This document shows, one piece after another, positions 50,421 through 59,672 of a stretch of DNA of 64,000 bases. The notes beneath the pieces were generated by a model that did no database searches, was not told the DNA's origin, and saw nothing but the letters and a program-made list of their open reading frames with translations. Source of the stretch: Oceanispirochaeta sp. Lineage in GTDB: Bacteria; Spirochaetota; Spirochaetia; DSM-2461. The position numbers and the translations under genes were made by a program. How positions within the stretch are numbered: position 1 is the stretch's first letter; every line of letters starts with the position of its first letter. The stretch covers positions 2,080,001 through 2,144,000 of the forward strand of contig CAXXOA010000002.1 of assembly GCA_963666275.2 (NCBI GenBank), written 5' to 3'.

Positions 50421-51728
50421 TTATTTTCCTCTTTTGGGAAGTATTCTCTTTTCAATAAGATTTTCTACCTGAGCCACCATATTCTCCTGGCTCCATTTTT
50501 TAGCATCCGCCGGATCGGCTCTCAGAACACAGACGGGAAATCCCGCTTCCTCCAGAGACCAGACGATATTGTAGAAGAAGTCCCCGTTGTTCATGCAGTT
50601 TTCAGGCACCAGGAAGACGATCCCGTCGATCTGGTTGTTTTTGGCTTCTTTCACAAACCACTGACTGTTGAAGGGGGGAACATGGAGGATATCCTCCAGG
50701 AAGGAAAACCGTGAGGCCAGTGCCCGGATGGGATTCTCTTCCACTTTGTTCCGGATATAACCGTCCGCAGCCAGGCCCAGGTACATGGTCCATACAAAGG
50801 CCGCACCGTATTTCTCTTCGAAGTGCTGGTAGAAGGCCAGGTTGAACCAGAGCCCCCGTCCGATCCAGAGAAGGCGGACATTTTCATTGGGAACCGCGGC
50901 AGTCTGATTGTCCACCAGAGCTTTCACCTCTTCGTAGAGGCTTTTAGCCATTTCCACTGCTTCGGCAGATCCTCTGTGCCACTGGGCTTGCATAACCGCA
51001 TTGATCGTATCCGTTACGGTGACAGGGGCCGGAACCGTACGGGCTATAAGATCTCTTGTTTTCCGGTACCATCCCTCCTGGGCGTTTACATTGTTCAGAG
51101 TTTCAATCAGCCGGTTCAGATCCAGTTTTCTTCCGGTGGTTCTTTCCAGAAATTCCACAAGAAGTCTCAGTTCCTGTTCGTAGAAGTCGATTCTGTTTTT
51201 TCCCAGAAGGGTTTCCCAGTCATCAGGAGATTTCTCCCACCAGTTATCCAGAATCACATCCTGATGATAGTGCTGTATCCTGAAGGCCTCGGCGTTGAAG
51301 GCTTCGGTCATCAGTTCTTCGATTTTAATCCCGCTGGAACAGGTTTCCGCACAGATCACCAGAGAGGGGTGGGGAAGGCCTCCCCAGGGGCCCTCTTCCG
51401 GTTTGGCATCCAGGGAGCAGGCATAGGCGGCGGCACAGTAGGAACAGATATCATTTCTATAGCCCGCCTGTTCCAGAAGATCGTAGAACCGGGGGCCCAT
51501 CTGCTTAGCCGAACAGATGGCCGTCCACCATTGGTTGACCACAAAGGGAATATCCATGGCCCGGAGCAGTTCCATCGGAGCATTGGCACCCACAAAACCG
51601 AAAGGCTCTCCCGCTTCCACTCTGGCATGAAGGCCCATAAACCACTCTTTCTGGAATTTCCCTACCATTCGGGTCGTTTCCAGCTTTTTTACAGACCTGG
51701 TGCTGTATTGTTTCTTTTCTTCAGCCAT
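50421..51728 (-). CDS. 2-hydroxyacyl-CoA dehydratase/benzoyl-CoA reductase family subunit (Cys ligands retained)
   Basis: DICSYC, ETCS, ENC motifs; FLERTTGRKLD...L.E; DGIV. Confidence 0.85.
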   Translation of the reverse strand: MAEEKKQYSTRSVKKLETTRMVGKFQKEWFMGLHARVEAGEPFGFVGANAPMELLRAMDIPFVVNQWWTAICSAKQMGPRFYDLLEQAGYRNDICSYCAAAYACSLDAKPEEGPWGGLPHPSLVICAETCSSGIKIEELMTEAFNAEAFRIQHYHQDVILDNWWEKSPDDWETLLGKNRIDFYEQELRLLVEFLERTTGRKLDLNRLIETLNNVNAQEGWYRKTRDLIARTVPAPVTVTDTINAVMQAQWHRGSAEAVEMAKSLYEEVKALVDNQTAAVPNENVRLLWIGRGLWFNLAFYQHFEEKYGAAFVWTMYLGLAADGYIRNKVEENPIRALASRFSFLEDILHVPPFNSQWFVKEAKNNQIDGIVFLVPENCMNNGDFFYNIVWSLEEAGFPVCVLRADPADAKKWSQENMVAQVENLIEKRILPKRGK

Positions 51729-52896
51729 TTTTCCGCTCCCGCTTCACTGTTTCCGCAAATTTGGTGCATCGGTCCAGAATGGAATCCGGATCCTTCAGCG
51801 GGTAGTACTGATCCTCAATGGTGAGGATCCTGATACCCATTTTATCCAGTTCTATTTTCAGCTTGGGAAGGTCCCATATGTAGGACTCGTCGTTGTGATT
51901 CATAAAAATGACAACAGCTTCGGCTCCCGTTTCTTTTACCCTCTCAGGCAGGGCCTGAGCTCTGTCTTTTATAAAGGCCCTTTCACTGCTGGGAAACCGG
52001 TTATGGTATCTGTCCGCAATGGCTCTTGCCGGAGGACGGGCGGTATCAGTCTCTCTGTCCGTATAGCGGTCCCCGGGAACTTTATCTTCACACACCACAT
52101 TCAGTCCGGCATTCTGCAGAATCTCATATACTTCGGTTGTATCCTGCATACTTCCTGTATAGAGGCATCTTACGTTTTCCAGGACGGGCCATCCGGCCGC
52201 ATCTTCTGTAAGAGCCCGGAGCAGTTCAATGGCTTTCTTTTTTTCCAGATAAAAAGATCCGGCCAGGACTGTGAGAGCTTCACTTCCGGTGATCCGGCTT
52301 TCAGGACCGAACCGGAGGGCGGAAAAATCTCTCAGGGCAGCCTTGTAGGCATTACAGAGTGTGATTGCTTCGGCCAGATCTCTGTCACTGATCTTTTTCC
52401 CGGTCCACTCTTCCACCCTTGTCTGAAACCTCTGGGTTTCCCTCCAGTTCCGTTCCCGGGTTCTGAACTCCTTGTTGACAAGCCAGTAATCCACGTATTC
52501 GATGTCGGGCAGCCTCCGCTCAGGCTCGATTTTTTTGAGCTGAACCAGATAGTAGAAGAGTTTTTGAATGATATCGGACGAGTTGGACAGAACCAGATAG
52601 TCCATGATATCCGAATGCTCATCGTTCATGATTGTTTCAAACAGCCCTCTCCAGAGGGCTCCGAAAGACATTTCCAGATATTTATCTGCATTCGGACGGT
52701 TGTCGGGGTGTCCCCAGAGTCTGACCGGAATCAGGTCCGCCGCCATGAGGATCTCTTCGGGAACTTCATCTCCCAGCATCCAGGCTGTCTTTTTTCCACT
52801 CAGCATAAGATTCAGAATCGATTCATGTTTATGATCAAATGCCCTTTTAAACTCATTATATGCGGCACTTTCCAGTGCACATGGTCTTGTAGCCAA
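51721..52896 (-). CDS. 2-hydroxyacyl-CoA dehydratase family subunit (BcrC/HgdB-like; cluster Cys apparently absent)
   Basis: VPEEILMAADLIPVRL, EEWTGKKISD..L.EAI, GAEAVV...GIRILTIE; TTG start after AGGAGG. Confidence 0.8.
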   Translation of the reverse strand: MATRPCALESAAYNEFKRAFDHKHESILNLMLSGKKTAWMLGDEVPEEILMAADLIPVRLWGHPDNRPNADKYLEMSFGALWRGLFETIMNDEHSDIMDYLVLSNSSDIIQKLFYYLVQLKKIEPERRLPDIEYVDYWLVNKEFRTRERNWRETQRFQTRVEEWTGKKISDRDLAEAITLCNAYKAALRDFSALRFGPESRITGSEALTVLAGSFYLEKKKAIELLRALTEDAAGWPVLENVRCLYTGSMQDTTEVYEILQNAGLNVVCEDKVPGDRYTDRETDTARPPARAIADRYHNRFPSSERAFIKDRAQALPERVKETGAEAVVIFMNHNDESYIWDLPKLKIELDKMGIRILTIEDQYYPLKDPDSILDRCTKFAETVKRERKNG

Positions 52897-52945
52897 TGAA
52901 CATACCTCCTTTATGAACGGATAATCCTGTAGTTGATTAAAAATG

Positions 52946-53015
52946 ATGCTACCATGTTTATTTTTTGATTTCTAACACCAAAAGAAACGTATCACTACAA
53001 CAGAAAGATTGTAGT
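52946..53015 (-). promoter_or_regulatory. Promoter with dyad operator for the dehydratase/CoA-transferase operon
   Basis: ACTACAA-N8-TTGTAGT (52994-53015) and TGGTAGCAT -10 on the minus strand; architecture duplicated at 54224-54293. Confidence 0.7.
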
Positions 53016-53104
53016 AGATGGTCTGGATAGAGTTTCAGCGTGTAGAAGAGTGCAAATATTGCAATAATTTTAATAAATACTGTTTTTCTGTTTTAGTGAA
53101 CCTA

Positions 53105-53129
53105 TGGTATAATGTCGAACATGTTCGAC
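53105..53129 (+). promoter_or_regulatory. lysR extended -10 with 16-bp perfect palindrome
   Basis: TGGTATAAT immediately followed by GTCGAACATGTTCGAC. Confidence 0.5.
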
Positions 53130-53146
53130 GAAATGAGGGAGACCGT

Positions 53147-54118
53147 GTGACTATATTGAATCTTCATATGTTTGTGGAAATCGTCAAAGATATGAATCTG
53201 TGTGTGACTGCCCAGAGATTGAATACCACCCAGCAGGGCTTGTCGGGTCATATCAAACGTCTTGAGACTCACTTTGGTGTCCGCCTGTTTGAGCGTAATC
53301 CCCGTCTTCTACTGACTTCCGAAGGAAACTTCCTGCAGCGGGAATCAAAGAGCATCCTGGATGCGGAACAGAGAATTTTTACCCATTTCGGAACGGGAGG
53401 AAAGTACCACTCCGGCAGTATCAGGGTTTCCTGCGGTATGGCCCGGGCCCGGTACAGCCTTCCCCATATAATCAGTGAGTTTACCTCCCTTTACCCCTCG
53501 GTCAGTGTGAATCTGGTGGATGAGAATACGTTACGCGAAACAGATGTGTTCTCGGAAGCTAAAGTGGATATGGTCATAGGCCGTCCGGTTAAAACATCCA
53601 GCCAGGTCATGGAGATTCCTCTCATAGATCTTCAGGGGTTTATTATGGTCTCTGATTCGCTGCTGAGAAAAAGTCTGAAATCGGGAACAGAAAACTTTAT
53701 CAGAAACGCTCAGGGAGGAGTGGAGGTAAAGGATATTCCCGGGGACATACCCATGGCCTTCCCGGGGGTCATGAAAAAGGAGCCCTGGATCTGTGAGCAG
53801 ATCCCCGAACTCCGGAGCAGACCCCGGGTTTCGGTAGACCGGGAGAACTATGATATCCTTGTCGGTTTGTGCCGGGAGGGAAAGATGATGATGCTTATCT
53901 CCGAGATGTACCTTCACTTTATCAAGAAAACCTACTCATCCCAGTTCTATGAAAATATCCATTTCTTTCCCCATATTCAGGAGGGCTGCCGCTTTATCGA
54001 GCATGAGGTCCTCTCTTATGACGCCAGTAAGTACCATCCCCAGTATTTCCAGGACTTCATCAGTATTATCCTGAAGGAGTTTCAGGGAATCCGGCATGAA
54101 TTCGATGAGTGCCGTTAA
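53147..54118 (+). CDS. LysR-family transcriptional regulator
   Basis: TAQRLNTTQQGLSGHIKRLETHFGVRLFER HTH; LTSEG; GSIRV. Confidence 0.9.
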   Translation: MTILNLHMFVEIVKDMNLCVTAQRLNTTQQGLSGHIKRLETHFGVRLFERNPRLLLTSEGNFLQRESKSILDAEQRIFTHFGTGGKYHSGSIRVSCGMARARYSLPHIISEFTSLYPSVSVNLVDENTLRETDVFSEAKVDMVIGRPVKTSSQVMEIPLIDLQGFIMVSDSLLRKSLKSGTENFIRNAQGGVEVKDIPGDIPMAFPGVMKKEPWICEQIPELRSRPRVSVDRENYDILVGLCREGKMMMLISEMYLHFIKKTYSSQFYENIHFFPHIQEGCRFIEHEVLSYDASKYHPQYFQDFISIILKEFQGIRHEFDECR

Positions 54119-54223
54119 GCCCTTTTCTGAATATTCCGGACTCCTTTCTCGTTTTTCAGACCCCGCCGCATCTCCTGTCTCCCGTTCCGATCGAATCCTC
54201 CTGTCAGAGCAGATTATTTTTTT

Positions 54224-54293
54224 ACAACAACAATAATGTTGTAGTAGTACCCGTATTTTGATGTTAGCGTGCCAAAAAATCCTATGATAGCAT
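54224..54293 (+). promoter_or_regulatory. Promoter with dyad operator for the TRAP/CoA-transferase operon
   Basis: ACAACAA-N8-TTGTAGT (54224-54245) and TGATAGCAT -10, same spacing as the divergent promoter. Confidence 0.7.
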
Positions 54294-54343
54294 TCTTTTA
54301 AAAGGTTGAAATTTGTGAATCAAAGCTCACAAAAGGAGGAATA

Positions 54344-54823
54344 ATGAAGCGATTAATCACCTTTACCGACTTCCTGGCCAGGGGAGTTGTTCTTTTTTCC
54401 TGTGTCTCTTTATCCCTGGTTGTTCTAATAATCGCAGTCAATGTTATTGGAAGGGCCTTTAATCATCCGATTCCCGGAGGTTATGATCTGACCATACTCT
54501 GTTCCGCAGTTTCGGGGAGTCTGGCAATTGCTTACACCACAAAACAATGTGCCCATGTGAGCGTCGATATTGTTACAAATATCCTGCCCCCTTTCCTTAA
54601 AAGAATCCAGAGTATGATAACCCATCTTGTGGCGCTGTTCATCTTTGTGATACTGGCCTGGCAGGCTGCGATTGTCTTTGTGGAACGGTTCCACGGAGAG
54701 CTGACGGACACTCTGAGGATCCCCATCTGGCCCTTCCGGCTGATATGGCTCTTTTCCATGTGCTGTTCAATCCTTTTCTGTGTCACTCAATTCATCATAG
54801 CTATGCTGGGAGGTGAAGAATAA
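54344..54823 (+). CDS. dctQ: TRAP small permease
   Basis: Four TM segments, NVIGR, HVSVD. Confidence 0.9.
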   Translation: MKRLITFTDFLARGVVLFSCVSLSLVVLIIAVNVIGRAFNHPIPGGYDLTILCSAVSGSLAIAYTTKQCAHVSVDIVTNILPPFLKRIQSMITHLVALFIFVILAWQAAIVFVERFHGELTDTLRIPIWPFRLIWLFSMCCSILFCVTQFIIAMLGGEE

Positions 54824-56130
54824 TGGATCCTATTACAATAGGTATTATCGCCATAATACTTCTGGTTGTTCTGATGGGAATCGGGATACCTATAGGGTTT
54901 GTCATGATGATCCTGGGGTTTGCGGGAGTGGCGATTCTGGTGAATCCCTCTGCGGCCCTTATGAAAATGGCTGTGATTCCCTTCAGTTTTGTATCCAACT
55001 ATGACTTTGCGGTTATTCCCATGTTTATGCTCATGGCGAATATCATCCTGGTCTCCGGACTGGGAACGGACCTCTACAGGATCGCTTCCAAATGGATGGG
55101 ACGCCGCAACGGGGGACTGGCCGTGGCCACCACTGTGGCCTGTGCGGGATTTGCCGCTATCAGCGGTTCCGGGCTGGCTACTTCGCTGACAATCGGTCAG
55201 ACCGGCATGCCGGAAATGAAGAAATATAAGTATGACACCGCATTTTCCGCCGCAGTTATCTGTTCCAGCGGAACCATCGGTCTTCTTATTCCTCCCAGTA
55301 CGGCTCTGATGGTGTACGGTATTGTGACGGGAACTTCCATCCGGAGCTTATTTATCGGAGGTTTTATTCCCGGTATCACTCAGGCTCTCTTCTATATCGT
55401 TCTGATCTCTATCATGACCCGGATCAAACCGTCCCTGGGACCCCACAGCGACAAGGCCTCTTTCAAAGAGAAGCTGCTCTCCCTGAAACAGGGGATTGAT
55501 ATTATTATCCTGATCTCCTTTGTTTTCTTCGGTATGCTTTTCGGCTGGTTCACTCCCACCGAAGCCGGAGCCATGGGTGCGGCGGGAGCCTTCCTGATAA
55601 CCATCGTCCGGAAAAGGATGGACTGGGAAGGATTCAAGTCGGCCATCCGGGATACCATCAAGATTTCAGGAATGTACTTTCTGATCCTGATCGGAGCCCA
55701 GATGTTCATGTACCTGACCTCCGTCACAACCCTTCCCCGGGTGGTGGCACTCTGGGTCGGCGGACTGGATGTGGCTCCCATGACAATTATGCTGATTATG
55801 ATGGGAATCTATATGATTCTGGGCTGTTTCATGAGCGGCAATGCCATCATGATGCTGACTATCCCCATCTTCTTTCCCATTGTTATTCAGCTGGGATTCA
55901 ATCCTATCTGGTTCGGAATCCTCCTTACCAGAGTTTCCGAGATCGGCCAGCTGACTCCTCCGGTGGGACTGGGTGTTTACAGTATTCAGGCCATTCTGCC
56001 TGAAAAAGTTCCCATTCACCGGATTTTCAAATGGACCGCATGTTTCGTCGGTGCCGATGCGCTCCATCTGCTTCTGCTTCTGCTCGTACCGGCTGTGACT
56101 TTGTTTCTACCAATGCTTTTTGCAGGTTGA
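54823..56130 (+). CDS. dctM: TRAP large permease
   Basis: IPMFMLM, FAAISGS, LIPPS, FTPTEA, TPPVG. Confidence 0.93.
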   Translation: MDPITIGIIAIILLVVLMGIGIPIGFVMMILGFAGVAILVNPSAALMKMAVIPFSFVSNYDFAVIPMFMLMANIILVSGLGTDLYRIASKWMGRRNGGLAVATTVACAGFAAISGSGLATSLTIGQTGMPEMKKYKYDTAFSAAVICSSGTIGLLIPPSTALMVYGIVTGTSIRSLFIGGFIPGITQALFYIVLISIMTRIKPSLGPHSDKASFKEKLLSLKQGIDIIILISFVFFGMLFGWFTPTEAGAMGAAGAFLITIVRKRMDWEGFKSAIRDTIKISGMYFLILIGAQMFMYLTSVTTLPRVVALWVGGLDVAPMTIMLIMMGIYMILGCFMSGNAIMMLTIPIFFPIVIQLGFNPIWFGILLTRVSEIGQLTPPVGLGVYSIQAILPEKVPIHRIFKWTACFVGADALHLLLLLLVPAVTLFLPMLFAG

Positions 56131-56154
56131 AAATAATAAAGAAAGGAGAATTCT

Positions 56155-57252
56155 ATGTTTACAAAAAGGAAAAACAGTTCTGTTTTACTGGCTGGTCAGA
56201 TTCTGGTTCTTATCCTGGTGGTTGGGCTCAGCGGATGCAGTAAAAAAACAGAGACCGCTTCCGGCGAAAAGTCAGAGAAGGCGCTCACAGAAATGAAGAT
56301 GACCTTCGCGGCTCCCCATACACCTCCCCAGACCTATGCTCAGGTGGATGTGGCTTTTACGGATCATATGAAAGAGGTTTCGGGAGGTAAAATCAATTTC
56401 ACCTACTATCCCGGAGGAACTCTGATCGGCGGAAGCGAAGCTGCTGCGGAACTGAAAGCCGGTGCAGCCGATTTCGGATGGCCCCGGGTAGGTTACTCCA
56501 AGCACGGGTATAAACTCTATAATGCCAACCTGATCTGGATGTACAACCTGGATCCGGTCGAGGATGTTGAAGCGGAACTGGAAATCTATAAAAAGCTCTA
56601 CGAACTGGAACCCATGTATTCCGAGTTTGACGGTATCGTTCCCTACGGTGCGAATGCTTCCGGTACAACAGCATGGCTTTTCACCAATAAACCCATTGAG
56701 TCTCTGAAAGATATCAAGGGAATGACCATCCGGGCTAATGCCGCCTGGGCCAAGGTTGTGACCGAACTGGGAGGCGTTCCCCTGAATATGCCCTTTTCCG
56801 AGCTCTATCTTGCCATGGAAAAAGGAACCATCGACGGAATCCTGGGACTGCCCGGTACGGTTATCAAAGGGGAAAATCTGGGAGAAGTTATCGATTATGC
56901 CATGGATATCAAGATGAACCAGAGCCCCTATTACGCCTGGGCCTTCAATGAAAAATCCTGGAATGAGATGCCCGCTGAAGCTCAGGAAATGTTCAAATCC
57001 GAAGAGGGATGGATTGAACAGAGGGTCGTTGACCAGCTTCAGGGAGAGAACGGACCTTCCATCGAATATGGAAAGGCTCTGGGAATCAACTTCCTTGATA
57101 TCTCAGAAGAAGATAAAAATATGTTATACGGCATTATGGACAGCGTCTGCCGGGAAAACTGTGCCGTTCTGGACGGAGAAGGCTACCCTGCCACAGAAAT
57201 GTACGAATACACCCAGAAACTGATCAAAGAGTTCAAAGACTCCCAGTCCTGA
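56155..57252 (+). CDS. dctP: TRAP substrate-binding lipoprotein
   Basis: Lipobox LSG-C, YPGGTL, DIKGMTIR, MEKGTIDG. Confidence 0.9.
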   Translation: MFTKRKNSSVLLAGQILVLILVVGLSGCSKKTETASGEKSEKALTEMKMTFAAPHTPPQTYAQVDVAFTDHMKEVSGGKINFTYYPGGTLIGGSEAAAELKAGAADFGWPRVGYSKHGYKLYNANLIWMYNLDPVEDVEAELEIYKKLYELEPMYSEFDGIVPYGANASGTTAWLFTNKPIESLKDIKGMTIRANAAWAKVVTELGGVPLNMPFSELYLAMEKGTIDGILGLPGTVIKGENLGEVIDYAMDIKMNQSPYYAWAFNEKSWNEMPAEAQEMFKSEEGWIEQRVVDQLQGENGPSIEYGKALGINFLDISEEDKNMLYGIMDSVCRENCAVLDGEGYPATEMYEYTQKLIKEFKDSQS

Positions 57253-57312
57253 TAAATCTCACCCGGGACAACCTTTTTCTCAGGCTGTCCCAAAAAATCT
57301 GAAAAGGAAGAA

Positions 57313-58530
57313 TTGATGAATAACACAGCATTAGAAGGCATCCGGGTTGTGGACCTGACCCAGTTTGAAGCGGGAACGGTCTGTACCATGTCTCTGGCAT
57401 GGATGGGTGCTGAAGTCATTAAAGTAGAACATCCGAAAAGGGGCGCCGGGGGAAGATTCTCCTTTGAGGATCCCGGACAGGACTGCAAGGGATTTCTTAT
57501 TATGAATGCCAATAAGAAATCGGTAACCCTGGATGTCAAATCTGAAAAGGGAAAAGAGATCCTGACAGATCTTATCCGCAACGGCGATGTGCTTGTTGAA
57601 AATATGGGCCCCGGTACCATTGAGCGTCTGGGTTTTGACTATGAGACCGTCAAAGCGATCAACCCGAAGATCATTTTTGCCCAGATCAAAGGCTTCGGAA
57701 AAGACAGCCCCTATGCGAAATTCCCCGCTTTTGCTCCCATCGGACACGCCACAGGCGGTGCAGCCAGCATTACCGGCGACCCTGAAGGTCCTCCCATGCA
57801 GATGGGTGTGAATGTGGGTGACAGCGGCCCCGGATATCTCTGCGCTATGGGGATAGTTTCGGCCCTCTATCAGAGAAATACAACCGGAATAGGCCAGAGG
57901 ATCGAAGTGACCATGCAGGAGAGTGTGATCGCCTTCGGCAGATCCGCCTGGGAACAGCAGTACCGGACAGGCAAAGCCGCTCCCCGGGCCGGAAACGGTA
58001 TGCCCCTGGAAAATGTGGCCCCTGCGGGAATGTACCCCTGCAAACCCTTCGGCCCCAATGACTATGTTCATATTTATATTTCCCGGCATCCCGGATCCAA
58101 ACAGTGGGATCTGTTTTGCGAAACTATCGATAGAACCGATCTGCTTGAGGATGAGAGGCTGAAAACACCCCAGTCCCGGTACAACTACCGGGAAGAGCTG
58201 AACACCATCATTGGTGAGTGGACCTCCCAAAGGACAAAGCATGAGGCTATGGAAACGCTGGCTCTGGCGGGAATTCCTGCGGGTGCCACTCTGGATACGA
58301 TGGAGATTACCAACGATCCCTATCTGAGAGAGCGGGGCATTATTTCAGAAGTGGAACATCCTTTTCACGGGAAAGTACTTATTCCCGGATTTCCTGTTCA
58401 TATGTCTGAAACAAAGGTTCCGGTACAGTGTGCCCCGGCTCTCGGCGCAGATAACAAAGTGATCTATCAGGATCTTCTGGGTATGACAGAAGCTGAACTT
58501 GATGCTCTGAAAGAGCAGAAAGTCATATAA
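57313..58530 (+). CDS. Family III CoA-transferase (formyl-CoA transferase-like)
   Basis: DLTQFEAGT, NANKKSVTLD, ENMGPG, catalytic Asp in VGDSGPG. Confidence 0.93.
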   Translation: MMNNTALEGIRVVDLTQFEAGTVCTMSLAWMGAEVIKVEHPKRGAGGRFSFEDPGQDCKGFLIMNANKKSVTLDVKSEKGKEILTDLIRNGDVLVENMGPGTIERLGFDYETVKAINPKIIFAQIKGFGKDSPYAKFPAFAPIGHATGGAASITGDPEGPPMQMGVNVGDSGPGYLCAMGIVSALYQRNTTGIGQRIEVTMQESVIAFGRSAWEQQYRTGKAAPRAGNGMPLENVAPAGMYPCKPFGPNDYVHIYISRHPGSKQWDLFCETIDRTDLLEDERLKTPQSRYNYREELNTIIGEWTSQRTKHEAMETLALAGIPAGATLDTMEITNDPYLRERGIISEVEHPFHGKVLIPGFPVHMSETKVPVQCAPALGADNKVIYQDLLGMTEAELDALKEQKVI

Positions 58531-58541
58531 AAGGAAATTTT

Positions 58542-59672
58542 ATGGACAAGGTTTCAATGGTTTTTGCCGGAGATATCATTCTGGGTGAGAATCCGGAGGA
58601 GTATTTCGGGAGCGTCGATCCTGTTCTGAGGAATACCGATGTGGTTGCCGGTCAGCTGGAGGTCCCCTACAGCAACAGGGCGCCGGAGCTGGCGGATCTG
58701 AATCGGCAGGTTGAAAACCTTGCTCCACTGAAAGAGTATTTTGACATTGTTTCTCTGGCGGGGAATCATATCTACGATGCAAAGGACCAGGGGGTCATCG
58801 ACACCCTCTCCTGGCTGGAGAACAATGCCATCCAGTATGTGGGCGGAGGCCTCAACAGGGCAGAGGCCAGAAAAGCCCGGATTGTAGAGAAACAGGGAAT
58901 CCGGATCGGATTTCTGAGCTATAACTGTACGGGGCCGTCGATCATGACTGCCACGGACTCCAAACCGGGTTGTGCTTCTGTTGATATTGTAACCCACTAT
59001 GAGCTGGGGGATATTGCCAATCCCGGGGGCCCTCCCGAATCGATCTACTCCTGGCCGGAACCGAAAAGCTACCGGAAGATGATAGAGGAGATCAGAGATC
59101 TCCGGACCAACTGCGATGTGCTCTGCCTTTACCTTCACAAAGGTCTGGTCCACAAGCCAATAAAACTGGCGGCCTACGAACAGCCTCTCTGTTACGGCGC
59201 CATTGATGCGGGGGTGGATATCATCTTCTGTTCCCATCCTCATATCCTTCACGGTATTGAGGTATACAGGGGAAAAACAATCTATCACAGTCTGGGGAAT
59301 TTTATAGCCTGGGTTCCCTCGCTCAGTCCCGGTTTCAAAGCGGTCCATGGTAAGAAAAATGAGTTTTTCGACCCGGAAGAGTGGGCTAAAACGCGGATTG
59401 AACGGTTTGGTTTTGTTCCCGATCCGGAGTATCCGACCTATCCTTTTCACAGTGAAGCCAGATTCTGCCTGATTGCCAGGTGTTATCTGGATAGAAGCGG
59501 AATCCTCAGTACCGGATGCGTTCCCATGATCGTGGATAAAAAAGGGGTTCCCCGTGTAGTAAAAAGAGTGGACGGGGGAGAGGAAGTCTTCAACTATCTG
59601 AAAATGATCACAGAGAAAGCCGGCCTGGAAGCGGAATTTTTCTGGGATAAAGAGGAAATACTGATCCGCTGA
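58542..59672 (+). CDS. CapA/PGA_cap family metallohydrolase (cytoplasmic)
   Basis: FAGDIIL, QLE, SLAGNHIYD, YLHKG, SHPHIL, HSLGNF; no signal peptide. Confidence 0.88.
   Translation: MDKVSMVFAGDIILGENPEEYFGSVDPVLRNTDVVAGQLEVPYSNRAPELADLNRQVENLAPLKEYFDIVSLAGNHIYDAKDQGVIDTLSWLENNAIQYVGGGLNRAEARKARIVEKQGIRIGFLSYNCTGPSIMTATDSKPGCASVDIVTHYELGDIANPGGPPESIYSWPEPKSYRKMIEEIRDLRTNCDVLCLYLHKGLVHKPIKLAAYEQPLCYGAIDAGVDIIFCSHPHILHGIEVYRGKTIYHSLGNFIAWVPSLSPGFKAVHGKKNEFFDPEEWAKTRIERFGFVPDPEYPTYPFHSEARFCLIARCYLDRSGILSTGCVPMIVDKKGVPRVVKRVDGGEEVFNYLKMITEKAGLEAEFFWDKEEILIR

Noticed and set aside
50421..52896. Class I benzoyl-CoA reductase (bcrBC)
   Set aside because: No bcrA/bcrD ATPase subunits and no dch/had/oah ring-cleavage genes nearby; one subunit appears to lack cluster ligands
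53114..53129. LexA (Cheo) SOS box
   Set aside because: Spacing is GAAC-N2-GTTC rather than GAAC-N4-GTTC
57313..58530. frc/oxc oxalate degradation
   Set aside because: No oxalyl-CoA decarboxylase or OxlT adjacent, and the Frc GGGGQ loop is absent (RAGNGMP), so no frc symbol is assigned
58542..59672. Poly-gamma-glutamate capsule synthesis
   Set aside because: No capB/capC and no membrane anchor
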